64,000 nucleotides of DNA from Candidatus Binataceae bacterium (GCA_015478645.1 JADMIL010000002.1:74523-138522), one strand, 5' to 3'. Shown: positions 39,360 through 49,102, numbered from the stretch's first letter. A program made the numbers and translations. The notes: generated by a model from the letters alone, not told the origin.

Positions 39360-41765
39360 TCAGTCGGCGTGGGTGGTCCACGTGCCGCGCTGGCCCGAGG
39401 GGGTCGATTCGAAGGTCCCGCTCAGTTGATCGTGATTGCGCTGGCCCTCGAAGAAATAGGTTTCGCCGCCATAAGGAACCTGGAACTGAAGATGGTCGCC
39501 GCGCACGAAGCCTTCGATCGGGGTCATCCCATAGCCGCTCAAATGGACCAGCAGTTCGCCATGCAGAAAGCCGTTGGGCTGCGGCCGCAGCCGCAACTCC
39601 ATGCTGACGTTGCCGTGGCCGCCGATCCCGTCGATCGTGCCGGTGGCGAGCGTCGGCGTCTCGAGACCGATAGCCGGCGAGACCGCGCCGCCGCTCGCAC
39701 CGCCGCCGGCGCTCGAGGCCCCGCCGCCCGCACCGCCACCGGTGTAGGGCAGGCCGGCGTCGGCCACCACGCGGAACTTGCGCTGGGCGAAATACTGGCC
39801 GTTCAAATAGAAATTCACGGTGTACTGGCCGGGCAGAAAGGCGCCGCCGGCGGAATTGCCGACGCGTCCGCTGAACACCGCGCGGTTGTTCGATTGCGCG
39901 ACGGTCTGGACGTCGGCGACGCTGCCCAGCGTGCTGCCGTCGGGTCCGATATAGGCGGCGTCGACGCGGTATTGATTGGTGTTAAGGCCGTACAGGCGAT
40001 TCTGGAACACCGCGCGCCATCCGATAAACAGCACTTTCGAGACGTTGAAGGCGCTGGTCGGACCCGAGAGCGCGGTGCCGTCCTTGGTACTGTTGACGAA
40101 TTCGATATTCTGCAGGGCGAGCGGGCGGCGCGTGCGCTCTTCGATCATCGCGACGCGGGCGGCGTCCTGCTTGGCCTTTTGGGCCTCGGCGCGGGCCGCG
40201 TTGGCGGCGTCGGCGGCGGCCTTGTCGGCGGCGGCGCGGGCGTTCAGGTCGGGCGTCACGTCGAAGCGCTGCTCGGCGAGGACCCGGTCGTCGGAGTAGA
40301 GCGCGATTTTGTAGCTGCCCGGGACGATCGGCGTGGCGTTGGGAATCAGCGCGACGCCGCTGAAGTCGGCCGCCGGATCGTTGGGCCCGACGTAGCGGGT
40401 GTCGGGACTCGCGGCGATCTGATTGCCCGACGGATCGAAAAAGCGCGCCTCGACCTGGTCGTTGCGCCCGTCGAGGCCGGTCATGTTGTTATGGAACGAC
40501 GCGTCCCATTTCACGTACTGCGCGTTGGCCAGCTCGGTATCGGTAAACGAAGCCTTGGGCGCCGACAGCGGGCTGCCCGAGCGGGTCGAGAGCGCCAGCG
40601 TCATGCGCTCGAAGGCGAGCGGATGGGCGCGCGCCTGGTCGAGCAGCTCCTGATGCTTCCACGGCAGGCTGTCGACGAATTGGGTCACGCCGAGCTGCGA
40701 CTGCAGGGCCGGGTCCGAGTAGATGTAGGTCGCGCCGAAGGCCAGTCCGGCGATCATCAGCGTGAACCCGCCCAGGCCGATCGCGCGGCGGCGCCAGTTG
40801 CCCGGCTTGCGCCGTGGCCGCCGCGCGGCCGCCTCGGCGAACTCGGGCGGCAGCGCCGCCAGCGCCAGGTCAGCCGTGCCGCTTTTGGCGTTGACCCGCA
40901 CCGCGCCCGCCGCGTCAAGCCCGCGCCCGTAGAGCAGCATGTCACGGAATTCCTGCACCGAGGCCGGCCGCCCGTCCATCTCGTAGGCCAGCGCGCGGTC
41001 GATCGCGCCGGCCAGATTGGTCGAGATATCGGGGCGCAGCGTGCGCACGGGCGGAAAGCTGAAGGGCGGAAATTTTTCCGGATCGCGGCCGGTGACCACG
41101 TAATGCAGCGTGGCGCCGAGCGAATAGAGGTCGCTGCGCGGATCGGCCACGCCCTGGTACTGCTCGGGCGGGGCAAAGCCCAGCGTGCCGATCATGGTGC
41201 CCTTGCGCGCCGCCTTGAACAGCCGTGCGATGCCGAAGTCGACCAGCACCACGCGCCCCTTCTCGGTGAGCATCACGTTGGACGGCTTCATGTCGCGGTA
41301 GACGATCGGCGGGATCAGCCCGTGCAGATAGGCCAGCACGTCGCACAACTGGCGCGCCACGTCGATCACCAGCCCCTCGGGCAGCGGTCCGCCACGCGCC
41401 GCAAGCTCCTCCTCGAGGTTGCGCCCCTCGACGTACTCCATCACCAGGTAGTGGCGGTTTTGATCGTCGAAGCGATCGCTTATCGCCGGGATTGCGGGAT
41501 GCTTGAGCTGGGCCAGCGTGTCGGCTTCGCGGGCGAAGTATTCGTTGGCCTCGATACGCTGCGCGGCGTCAATAAAATGATCGACCATCTCTTTGATCGC
41601 GCAGGGCCGGTTCGACAGCCGCTGGTCATGCGCGAGGTAGACCATCCCCATACCGCCGCCGCCGAGCAGGCGCTGCACCGCATAGCGCTTCTGCAGCACA
41701 GTGCCGGCTTCGAGCGGGCCGGGCAACGCTGCGGAGTTGGCGAGCGAGTTGGGCGTATTGGCCAT
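39360..41765 (-). CDS. Hanks-type Ser/Thr receptor kinase with TM and extracytoplasmic repeats
   Basis: LGGGGMGMVY, CAIKE, YRDMKPSN, DFG, FAPPEQ, DLYSLG; TM GLGGFTLMIAGLAFGATYIY; two beta-rich repeats. Confidence 0.93.
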   Translation of the reverse strand: MANTPNSLANSAALPGPLEAGTVLQKRYAVQRLLGGGGMGMVYLAHDQRLSNRPCAIKEMVDHFIDAAQRIEANEYFAREADTLAQLKHPAIPAISDRFDDQNRHYLVMEYVEGRNLEEELAARGGPLPEGLVIDVARQLCDVLAYLHGLIPPIVYRDMKPSNVMLTEKGRVVLVDFGIARLFKAARKGTMIGTLGFAPPEQYQGVADPRSDLYSLGATLHYVVTGRDPEKFPPFSFPPVRTLRPDISTNLAGAIDRALAYEMDGRPASVQEFRDMLLYGRGLDAAGAVRVNAKSGTADLALAALPPEFAEAAARRPRRKPGNWRRRAIGLGGFTLMIAGLAFGATYIYSDPALQSQLGVTQFVDSLPWKHQELLDQARAHPLAFERMTLALSTRSGSPLSAPKASFTDTELANAQYVKWDASFHNNMTGLDGRNDQVEARFFDPSGNQIAASPDTRYVGPNDPAADFSGVALIPNATPIVPGSYKIALYSDDRVLAEQRFDVTPDLNARAAADKAAADAANAARAEAQKAKQDAARVAMIEERTRRPLALQNIEFVNSTKDGTALSGPTSAFNVSKVLFIGWRAVFQNRLYGLNTNQYRVDAAYIGPDGSTLGSVADVQTVAQSNNRAVFSGRVGNSAGGAFLPGQYTVNFYLNGQYFAQRKFRVVADAGLPYTGGGAGGGASSAGGGASGGAVSPAIGLETPTLATGTIDGIGGHGNVSMELRLRPQPNGFLHGELLVHLSGYGMTPIEGFVRGDHLQFQVPYGGETYFFEGQRNHDQLSGTFESTPSGQRGTWTTHAD

Positions 41766-41858
41766 TGATGGTATTGCGTTTTTGAGGCCTGCTGGATGCT
41801 TGCTCAGTTAATACCCGGGTCGTTTCAGCGGCTGGAGCGCGGCGGGCGAACGCCGCGC

Positions 41859-43991
41859 TCAGGCCGCGATAATCACCACTACCGAGATGTTGTCGGTGCC
41901 GCCGCCGGCATTGGCTCCGACCACCAGTTCGCGCGCCGCCTGGTACGGATCGGCATGGCGGCGCAGCACCTGCTCGATCTGGGCGTCCTCGAGATGCGCG
42001 GTGAGGCCGTCGCTGCATAGCAGAATGCGGTCGCCGCGCTTGAGCCGCAGCATGAGCGATTCGGCGCCTGCCGGGCCGTTGGGCCGCGCGCCGAGCGAGC
42101 GCGTGATCACGTTCTTATGCTCATGATGGCGCGCCTCTTCGGGCGAGATCTGGCCAATCTCGATGAGCCGCTGGACCAGCGAATGATCTTTCGTCACCTG
42201 GCGCATCCCGTGCTGATCGCAAAAATAGGCGCGGCTGTCACCAACCCAGGCGACTGCGGCGTCGGGCGGCACGACCAGCGCGGCGACCGCCGTCGAGCCC
42301 ATTCCGCGCGCCTCGGGATGGCCGACCTGGTAGTCGAGCACTTGGGTATTGGCCCGTTCGAGCGCATCCTGCAAAATCTGCCGCATAGCGCCGCCGGCGG
42401 CGGGATCGCCGAGCTGGCTTTCGACGTAGCTGCGGATCGCGCCGACCGCGATCGCGCTGGCCATCTCGCCAGCCTCCGCCCCGCCCATCCCGTCGGCCAC
42501 GACGTAGAGGAAATTCTGCGCCGGCTCGAGCAGCGAGTCACGCTGGTATTCGACCGCCATGGTCGAATCTTCGTTAAACTCGCGCACCATCCCGACGTCG
42601 GTCAGCACGCCAGCCCGTATCCGGATAATTCCGGCGAGCTTGACCAGCTCGGTCTTGAGTGCGTCGAGGTTGGGCCAGCGCGACTCGGGCTCGAATTGCA
42701 ACGCGCGGCGCACCGCCTGTTCGAGCGCGGGCGCGACCACGTGCGGCGGGTAAAAGCGAATCGGCCCGGCCTCCTCGCGCCAGCTCTCGGCCTCGAGCCG
42801 CTCGCCGGTCAGGCAGGCGTAGAGCACGGCGCCGACCGAAAAGACGTCGGCGCGCTTGTCGACTTTTTTGCCCTTGTAGATTTCGGGCGCCGAGTAGCCG
42901 TCGTTGAAAATCGGCTCGGCCTGCAATTCGTTGTCGTTGCTGATGTAGTCGAGGCCGGTCAGTTGAATCCGCCCGTCGGCGCCGACGGCGATCGACTCGG
43001 GGCAAATATCATTGACCCGCAGGCCGCGCCGGTTGACGAAGGCGACCGCCTGGCAGAGTTGAATCGCGATCGCGATCGCGTCGGCCTCGCTCATCCGCAG
43101 GCCGCCCGCGCGGCGCGCCAGCGGCGTCAGCGGCTCGTCGGGGTAGAGCAGGTAGACCCGGCCGTCGCGCGCAAAGCCTTCGTGTGCGCGCTGGAACGCC
43201 GGATGGTTGAGCGTCATCGAGAGCGCCATCACCCGCCCGAAGACCTCGCCGAGATTGTCCTGCGAACCAGCGGGCTCGGGATTAACCGGCGCAGGCTCGG
43301 CGTCAAGTTCGGCGGCGGGCGCGGCCTCGCCGGAATGCGCCGCGTCGGAGTCGGTCGCGTCAGCGGCGGGCTCGGCCGCCTCGCCGATCGCGTCGGCGAG
43401 GACCAGCGGTGCGGCCGCCGCGCCATTGGTGTCCGTGGGCGGTGCGGAATTTTCAGCGTCGCCGGATTGATCGGTGGCGGAGACCGCGGGTTCCGTCGAT
43501 GCGATCGTTTCACCAATCGCCGCCGCGTCGCCGCTGGCGGGCGGAGGGGCGGCGCGCAGCGGCGGAAGTTCGGCGGTCTTGGCCCGCGGACCGTTCGGAT
43601 CGTCCAGCGCCGCCGCGGTTTCCGCGAGGTCGTCTGCGACAGTAACTTTCGCTACTTCTAGTACAGCCGCGGCGGCGGCCTCCGCCGCGTCTGCGCCGGG
43701 CGAAGCTTCGCCCGGCACAGACGCGGCCGGCGGTCCCGCCTGCTCGCGCAACTGCCAGCGCTCGATCCGCCCGGAGAGGCCGGGGCGCTCGGCGCGATAA
43801 CGATTTTCGTGCGCGGTCTGGCTAATCAGTTCGACAATGCGCAGACCGCGCCCGAGCCCGGTGCCGGGCGCAAGCGGCGGCAATTCGACGCTGGCCGGAC
43901 GTGCCGCCCCGCGCGACAGCCCCTGCCCGCAGCGATCGCAGAATTTATTTTGCTCGGCGTTCGGCGCGCCGCATTCGGAACACGTAATCAT
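41859..43991 (-). CDS. Zn-ribbon + degenerate kinase domain + PP2C (PPM) phosphatase fusion
   Basis: CSEC..CDRC; kinase remnants VNDICPESI, TGLDY, YSAPE, DVFSVG; PP2C motifs TDVG...NED, VADGMGG, GDSRAY, CSDGL, GTDNIS. Confidence 0.88.
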   Translation of the reverse strand: MITCSECGAPNAEQNKFCDRCGQGLSRGAARPASVELPPLAPGTGLGRGLRIVELISQTAHENRYRAERPGLSGRIERWQLREQAGPPAASVPGEASPGADAAEAAAAAVLEVAKVTVADDLAETAAALDDPNGPRAKTAELPPLRAAPPPASGDAAAIGETIASTEPAVSATDQSGDAENSAPPTDTNGAAAAPLVLADAIGEAAEPAADATDSDAAHSGEAAPAAELDAEPAPVNPEPAGSQDNLGEVFGRVMALSMTLNHPAFQRAHEGFARDGRVYLLYPDEPLTPLARRAGGLRMSEADAIAIAIQLCQAVAFVNRRGLRVNDICPESIAVGADGRIQLTGLDYISNDNELQAEPIFNDGYSAPEIYKGKKVDKRADVFSVGAVLYACLTGERLEAESWREEAGPIRFYPPHVVAPALEQAVRRALQFEPESRWPNLDALKTELVKLAGIIRIRAGVLTDVGMVREFNEDSTMAVEYQRDSLLEPAQNFLYVVADGMGGAEAGEMASAIAVGAIRSYVESQLGDPAAGGAMRQILQDALERANTQVLDYQVGHPEARGMGSTAVAALVVPPDAAVAWVGDSRAYFCDQHGMRQVTKDHSLVQRLIEIGQISPEEARHHEHKNVITRSLGARPNGPAGAESLMLRLKRGDRILLCSDGLTAHLEDAQIEQVLRRHADPYQAARELVVGANAGGGTDNISVVVIIAA

Positions 43992-43996
43992 CCGCC

Positions 43997-45784
43997 TCAG
44001 CCCCTTCGGAACTCCAATCTAGCACCGCCCAGCACGACTTCGTCGTGGTCTTTGAGTTGGTAGAGTTGATCGCGGCCGAGCCGCCCGCGTCCGGCGATAA
44101 AGGTGCCGTTGAGGCTGCCGAGATCGCGGATGAAATAGTCGGCACCGCGCCTGATGATCTCGGCGTGGCGGCGCGAGACCCGATCGATCCCGCGGCGCAG
44201 TTGGGCGAGATCGATATCGAGGCTCTCGCCGGCCCCGCGCTCCGCCTCGCTCGAGCGTCCGATCACGCAGCGTTCGCCGGCCAGCGCGAACTGCGCGCCT
44301 TCGCCCAAAGCTATCATCCGCGCACCGGCGACCGCCGCCGCGCCGCCCGCATAGCCGTTGCGCTGCGCCGCCGGCGCGCCATCGGATACCGCGGCCAGCG
44401 CCGGATGAATCCCCGGTGCGGCCGGACGGTTGACGGGAGTCGCCGGCGGGCCGTTCGCGTTAACCCTCCGCGCCGGCGCAAGTGGCGGCGGCGCGGGCTG
44501 GGTGATTGGACTGGCCGGATTTGGCTTGGTCGGCGGGCTTATCGGCCCGCGCGCGCCCGGCGCCTTGGCGCCGGCCGGGTGGCTCGCCGCGCCGGACTGC
44601 GGCGGGCGCGCCGGCTTGATCCCGAGATCCTGAGTCTTGGCGGTCGATGAAACCGCGGACCGAGCGGCGACCGGCGCGGCCGGCGTGCGCGGTACTTTGG
44701 GCGCCCACGGCGCCGGCGGCGGGAGGCTCCGCTGGGTCGCCTGATGCGCGATCGAAGGCGTCGCCTTGGGCCGGGCGGCGGGCGTCGCGATGCGCGAGGC
44801 ACTCATCGGATGGGCCGGCGGCGCTGGCGATGCCGACGGCGGGGGCGCGGGCCGATTCAGCACGATCGTCGCCATCGCGCCCATCGAATCGCCCCTGGCG
44901 CGATCGGCCGCCGCACCGTTGGGCGTCCCGGCGCAACGCGCTCCCGACGCGCCCGCCATCGCGAGCGCTTCGGGTCCCGGATTGGGCAGCAGGTCGCGCA
45001 TCTCGCGGGCCGAGCGCGGGCGCTTGATAACGTCCTTGTCGAGTGCGCGCATCACGATCTGTTCGGTCTGGATCGAAACCGCCGGCGCGAGCGCGCGCAG
45101 CGGCGGAAAGCTGAAGGGCGGCTCGAGCTGCGGATCGCGTCCGCTCATCAGGTGATGCATCGTGGCGGCGAGCGAGAAGAGATCCGAGCGCGGCTCCATC
45201 TTGCCCATGTACTGTTCGGGCGGCGCGTAGCCGACCGAGCCGATCTGGGTGCCGCGTCCGCCCGGCGGCAAAAACCGCGCGATGCCGAAATCGATCAGCA
45301 TCGCACGCCCGTGATTATCGATCATGATGTTGCCGGGCTTCAGGTCGCGATAGATAATCGGCGGGTTCTGCGCATGCAGGAATTGCAGCACGTCGAGGAT
45401 CTGCCGCGCCCAATGCACTACCGGGGCTTCGGCGAAGCGCCCGCCCACGCCGAGCGCGTCGAGATGGGCCTGCAGGTCGCCGCCCGCGACGAACTCCATC
45501 ACCAGGTAATGTCTGCCGCCCTCGCCGAAATAGTCCATCACCTGCGGGATGCTGGGATGGGAGAGGCTGGCGAGCACGCGGGCCTCGCGATTGAAATCCT
45601 CGACCGCCTTCTGCTCCTGGATCCCGTCGCCGATGATCATCTCTTTGCAGGCGACCGGGCGATTGGCCAGCCGGGTATCGTTGGCCAGATAGACCCGTCC
45701 CATGCCGCCCTGGCCGAGGACCTTGTGGATCCGGTAACGGCCGTCGAGCAGATGGCTGACGGGAAGCGGCTCACCCGATTTCAT
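43997..45784 (-). CDS. cytoplasmic Ser/Thr kinase with Pro-rich linker and C-terminal FHA
   Basis: LGQGGMGRVY, VACKE, YRDLKPGN, DFG, YAPPEQ; FHA IGRS...VSRRHAEI...DLGSLNGT. Confidence 0.93.
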   Translation of the reverse strand: MKSGEPLPVSHLLDGRYRIHKVLGQGGMGRVYLANDTRLANRPVACKEMIIGDGIQEQKAVEDFNREARVLASLSHPSIPQVMDYFGEGGRHYLVMEFVAGGDLQAHLDALGVGGRFAEAPVVHWARQILDVLQFLHAQNPPIIYRDLKPGNIMIDNHGRAMLIDFGIARFLPPGGRGTQIGSVGYAPPEQYMGKMEPRSDLFSLAATMHHLMSGRDPQLEPPFSFPPLRALAPAVSIQTEQIVMRALDKDVIKRPRSAREMRDLLPNPGPEALAMAGASGARCAGTPNGAAADRARGDSMGAMATIVLNRPAPPPSASPAPPAHPMSASRIATPAARPKATPSIAHQATQRSLPPPAPWAPKVPRTPAAPVAARSAVSSTAKTQDLGIKPARPPQSGAASHPAGAKAPGARGPISPPTKPNPASPITQPAPPPLAPARRVNANGPPATPVNRPAAPGIHPALAAVSDGAPAAQRNGYAGGAAAVAGARMIALGEGAQFALAGERCVIGRSSEAERGAGESLDIDLAQLRRGIDRVSRRHAEIIRRGADYFIRDLGSLNGTFIAGRGRLGRDQLYQLKDHDEVVLGGARLEFRRG

Positions 45785-45985
45785 GGTGTTCGATAATCCA
45801 TCCCGTGCGCGTCACTGAAGCTTGCGGCAAAGCCCGCGCGTTGGTGCCGCACGGCACAAATTTGCCCGCCGCATGCTCACCGGGCGTCCGCAGACCCCGA
45901 TGCGGCGCCGCACATTGGGTTGATCGCCGTCCGCGCGCGCGGCGCCATGATGGCGCGCGGATCGCGATCGCCCGCCGGGCCGCGC

Positions 45986-46651
45986 TTACGAGATTGGATC
46001 AATCACCAGCTTGAGGAAGGTCTTGCCGATAATGATCTCGTCGTCCCGTTTGACTTCGACTGGCGTGCCCGGAATCAGGCGGTTGCCACGATTGACATAG
46101 GTGCCGTTGAGGCTCCCGATGTCTTCGACGGTAATCTTGCCGCCCTCGATGATGATCAGCGCGTGCTTGCGCGAAATCTTGGCTTCGGGGTCGTCTTGTT
46201 CGAGGTCGACTTCCGGGAACGAGCCGGTTTCGGGATCCCAGCGGCCGATAAAATTTTGCCCCGCCTCGAGCGGAAACTCCTGGCCCTTGCGTCCGCCGCG
46301 GATCAGCGAGAGTTTCGCCTTGAAGGCGGCCGCGGTGGCTGCGGCTGCCGACGCGGGGGCCGGGGCCTCGGTTGGCGCCTTGATCTCGCCGGTCGGCGCT
46401 TGCGACGGTTTCGTCGTCTCGGCGCTCTCGCCAGCGGCCGGTGCGCCATTGGCGGCCGGCGCGCTTTCGGCCGGGGGGCTCTCGGCCGGCTCGAGCCCGG
46501 CCGCTGCGGCTTCGGCCGGGGCCTCGGCGACCGCCGCCGCGGCAGGCGCCGGCGCGGCGCTGCCCTCGACCGCGGCCAGCTTGGCGCCGCAGCCGTCGCA
46601 ATAGTCCAGACCTTCCATATTTTCGTAGCCGCATTCGCTGCACTTAATCAT
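45986..46651 (-). CDS. Zn-ribbon + FHA domain protein
   Basis: CSEC..CDGC; Ala/Pro/Glu linker; FHA IGRWD...ISRKHA...DIGSLNGT. Confidence 0.92.
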   Translation of the reverse strand: MIKCSECGYENMEGLDYCDGCGAKLAAVEGSAAPAPAAAAVAEAPAEAAAAGLEPAESPPAESAPAANGAPAAGESAETTKPSQAPTGEIKAPTEAPAPASAAAATAAAFKAKLSLIRGGRKGQEFPLEAGQNFIGRWDPETGSFPEVDLEQDDPEAKISRKHALIIIEGGKITVEDIGSLNGTYVNRGNRLIPGTPVEVKRDDEIIIGKTFLKLVIDPIS

Positions 46652-46717
46652 AATTCTTATGCACCTCGTCCGCCGGGGGGCGCCCGGCGCGTCGCCGGTT
46701 CCCCGGATGGTTTGTGC

Positions 46718-48022
46718 CTATTCGCCTTTCTGTAAATCCTTGAGCGCTTCGGGGTCGAGCATCTGGGTTTTGCGCACCACCGCCTGCGCCTGCAACAGAG
46801 TTGTCTTGGCCGCTTTGGTTTGCAAGGTCTGGGTCTTTTTCACCTGGTCCATCAGGCCGACCAGGGCCTGCGTGGCCTTGACGTTGCCCAGCCGCTGGGT
46901 GCCCTGAATCGCGTTGCCGAGCAGCCGCGTCGCGCGATCGACGTTGCCCGCCTTGAGCTCCTCTTCGGCGCGCGCCTGGAGCTTGGCGATCGAGACCTGA
47001 TCGACCAGGTTCATCACCCGTCCGTTGCGCTTGCTGGTGAGCGTGCGGTCGAGCGTGTAGTCGACGGCGATATCCAGCGCCGCGGTGCGCTCGCCGACGC
47101 CCGGCACCTCAAAGCGGAAGATCGATTGCGCGATCCGCACCGGGCCGGGCTTGCGCGGCGGCAGCACCAGCGTCAACAGCACCGAACCGGGGACGCCGCT
47201 TTCGAGGTCGCCGATCTCGTAAGTGATCTTGCGGTCGTCGGTGACCAGCGGGGTGCCCAGCGCGTAGATTTCGGGGCTTGCGCGAAACGCCTCGCGGACC
47301 TGCACGCCCTGCGCGAGCGTCGCCTCGATCCGGCCGTTGCGCACGCTGACCGCACGCAACCCCTGCAGCTCGTCCTCGAAGATGCCGGGAATCTCGGCCG
47401 GGTCGCCGATGAAGTGATATTTGCCGTGCGAGTCCTGCGCGATGCGCATCAGCAGCTTTTCGTTGAACTCGACGCCCACGCCCATCGCGGAGAACGACAT
47501 CTGATCGCGGTTCTGGGTGGCCAGTTCGAGGCACGCGGTCTCTTCGTAAGTCTGTCCGTCGGTCAGCACCAGTACGCGATTGAGCCGGTTGGGCGCGTGG
47601 TTCCGTTTGACCTCGTCGATCGCCGCGCGCATCCCCAGCGCCATCTGCGTGCCGCCGCCGATTTCGAGCAGATCGATATCCTCGAGCGCGCGCCGCACTA
47701 CACTCTGATTGTGAATCTGATCGGACGGTACGATCACCTGCGCCTTGTCGGCGAAGGCGATCACCGCGACCTTGTCGTCGGGCGCGACGTTGGCGGCGAG
47801 GAACTTGACCGCCTCGATTACGAACTCGAGGCGCCGCTCGTCGTACATCGAGCCCGAACGGTCGAGCACCAGGGCCAGGTTAAGCGGCATCCGGGTTCCA
47901 CCGGCGCCGCCGCCCGCGCCGCTAGCGACGGCCTCGAGCAGGACGTAGAGCACAAAATTCTCAGCAGTCGAGAGGACATACTCGCTGCTGGCCAGCGCGT
48001 CGAAGGTAAGCGGTTCGGCCAT
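46718..48022 (-). CDS. vWA domain protein with intact MIDAS and C-terminal extension
   Basis: LVLDRSGSM (DxSxS), GGT, LTDG; C-terminal beta domain plus helical tail. Confidence 0.92.
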   Translation of the reverse strand: MAEPLTFDALASSEYVLSTAENFVLYVLLEAVASGAGGGAGGTRMPLNLALVLDRSGSMYDERRLEFVIEAVKFLAANVAPDDKVAVIAFADKAQVIVPSDQIHNQSVVRRALEDIDLLEIGGGTQMALGMRAAIDEVKRNHAPNRLNRVLVLTDGQTYEETACLELATQNRDQMSFSAMGVGVEFNEKLLMRIAQDSHGKYHFIGDPAEIPGIFEDELQGLRAVSVRNGRIEATLAQGVQVREAFRASPEIYALGTPLVTDDRKITYEIGDLESGVPGSVLLTLVLPPRKPGPVRIAQSIFRFEVPGVGERTAALDIAVDYTLDRTLTSKRNGRVMNLVDQVSIAKLQARAEEELKAGNVDRATRLLGNAIQGTQRLGNVKATQALVGLMDQVKKTQTLQTKAAKTTLLQAQAVVRKTQMLDPEALKDLQKGE

Positions 48023-48307
48023 CTAGGATTCACCCCAGGTTGATTTTAGGTGCATCGTTCGGGACATGGCAACAACACGCTCAGCGCCGCCGTGCAATTG
48101 TGGAGCGGCGCGCCGCCTTCAGAACCGGTCTACGCCGCCGTTTTCCGCCCAACGACCGTTCGGTTATCATACGCGGCTAATTAGACGAGTCATCACGGCG
48201 GATATTCGCACACGGCCGCGAGCGCGTGCCAGAGCGGGGCTGGTGGTCCGTCGCCGTGCGGCCCGCATGCTCGCGGCGCGGCCGCCGCGCGGCCAAGGAG
48301 TCGAGCG

Positions 48308-48543
48308 ATGAATTTGCGCGCACAATGCGCTATCGCCGGGCGGGGCGCTGCCGGTCAATACCGGGGGCGGCCAGCTCAGCTCCTTCTATATGTGGGGGAT
48401 GACGCCCGTCAGCGAGGCGGTAATCCAGGTGCGCGGCGCGGGCGGCGCGCGCCAGGTGCCGCGGCATGAGGTCGCGCTGGTCTCGGGCAGCGGTGGAATC
48501 CTGTCGACCCCATTCGACGCTGGTGCTCGGGGCCCATTCGTAA
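48308..48543 (+). pseudogene. SCP2/lipid-transfer-type thiolase remnant (large internal deletion plus 1-nt insertion)
   Basis: AAGGAG + ATG 48308 gives MNLRAQCAIAG (thiolase-like N-terminus). It abuts, in another frame, PGGALPVNTGGGQLS...EAVIQVRG..GARQV...ALVSG (thiolase C-terminus). Removing one C at 48508-48511 restores STHSTLVLGAHS* (TAA 48541). Confidence 0.8.
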
Positions 48544-48608
48544 CCCGGATTTGGCACGCTTGTCATATCGGCGTAATTGGCCTTATGATTGGTGAAGCGA
48601 GTATTAAG

Positions 48609-49026
48609 ATGACTGAAGCAGTCAAACCGGTTCCAAACGTCACGCCGCAAATGGTGTCCTTCTTCGCGGGCGCGCGCCCGCGCCAGTTGCTGGTTCAGCA
48701 ATGTGACGAATGCGGCACCCTGCGGGTTCCCGGCCCACGCCACCTGCATCAACTGTCTGTCGGCCGCCGCCAGCTGGATTGCGGCCAGCGGGCGTGGCGA
48801 AATTCTCAGCTTCAACGTCATGCATCAGGTCTACCATCCGGGCTTTGCCGCCGAGGTACCTTACGCCGTGGTAATGGTTAAGCTTGAAGAAGGACCCAAG
48901 GTCGTCTCGAATCTCGTCGGGGTGAAGCCGGACGAGATCCGCTGCGGCCTGCCGGTCGAGGTGGTGTTCGAACGCGTCAACGACCAGATTACGCTGCCCA
49001 AGTTCCGGCTGCGCGCGGCCGCCTGA
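48609..49026 (+). pseudogene. DUF35 Zn-ribbon/OB-fold protein with 1-nt insertion
   Basis: MTEAVKPVP...QQCDECGTLR, then a frame switch at the GGG of 48724-48726 to FPAHATCINC...PYAVVMVKLEEGPKVVSNL. Removing one G gives a 138-aa DUF35 protein. Confidence 0.85.
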
Positions 49027-49102
49027 GGCGGCCACGCGATTTTCCCCAGGGCCGCGCACCGCAGACACTTCGCATTGCATACAAAAGGTATAAGTTTTGC
49101 CC

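Noticed and set aside
37614-48022. Calling the kinase operon a T6SS or tellurite-resistance (ter) locus
   Set aside because: No Hcp, VgrG, TssBC or ClpV and no TerABCD genes in the window; only the regulatory domain types are shared.
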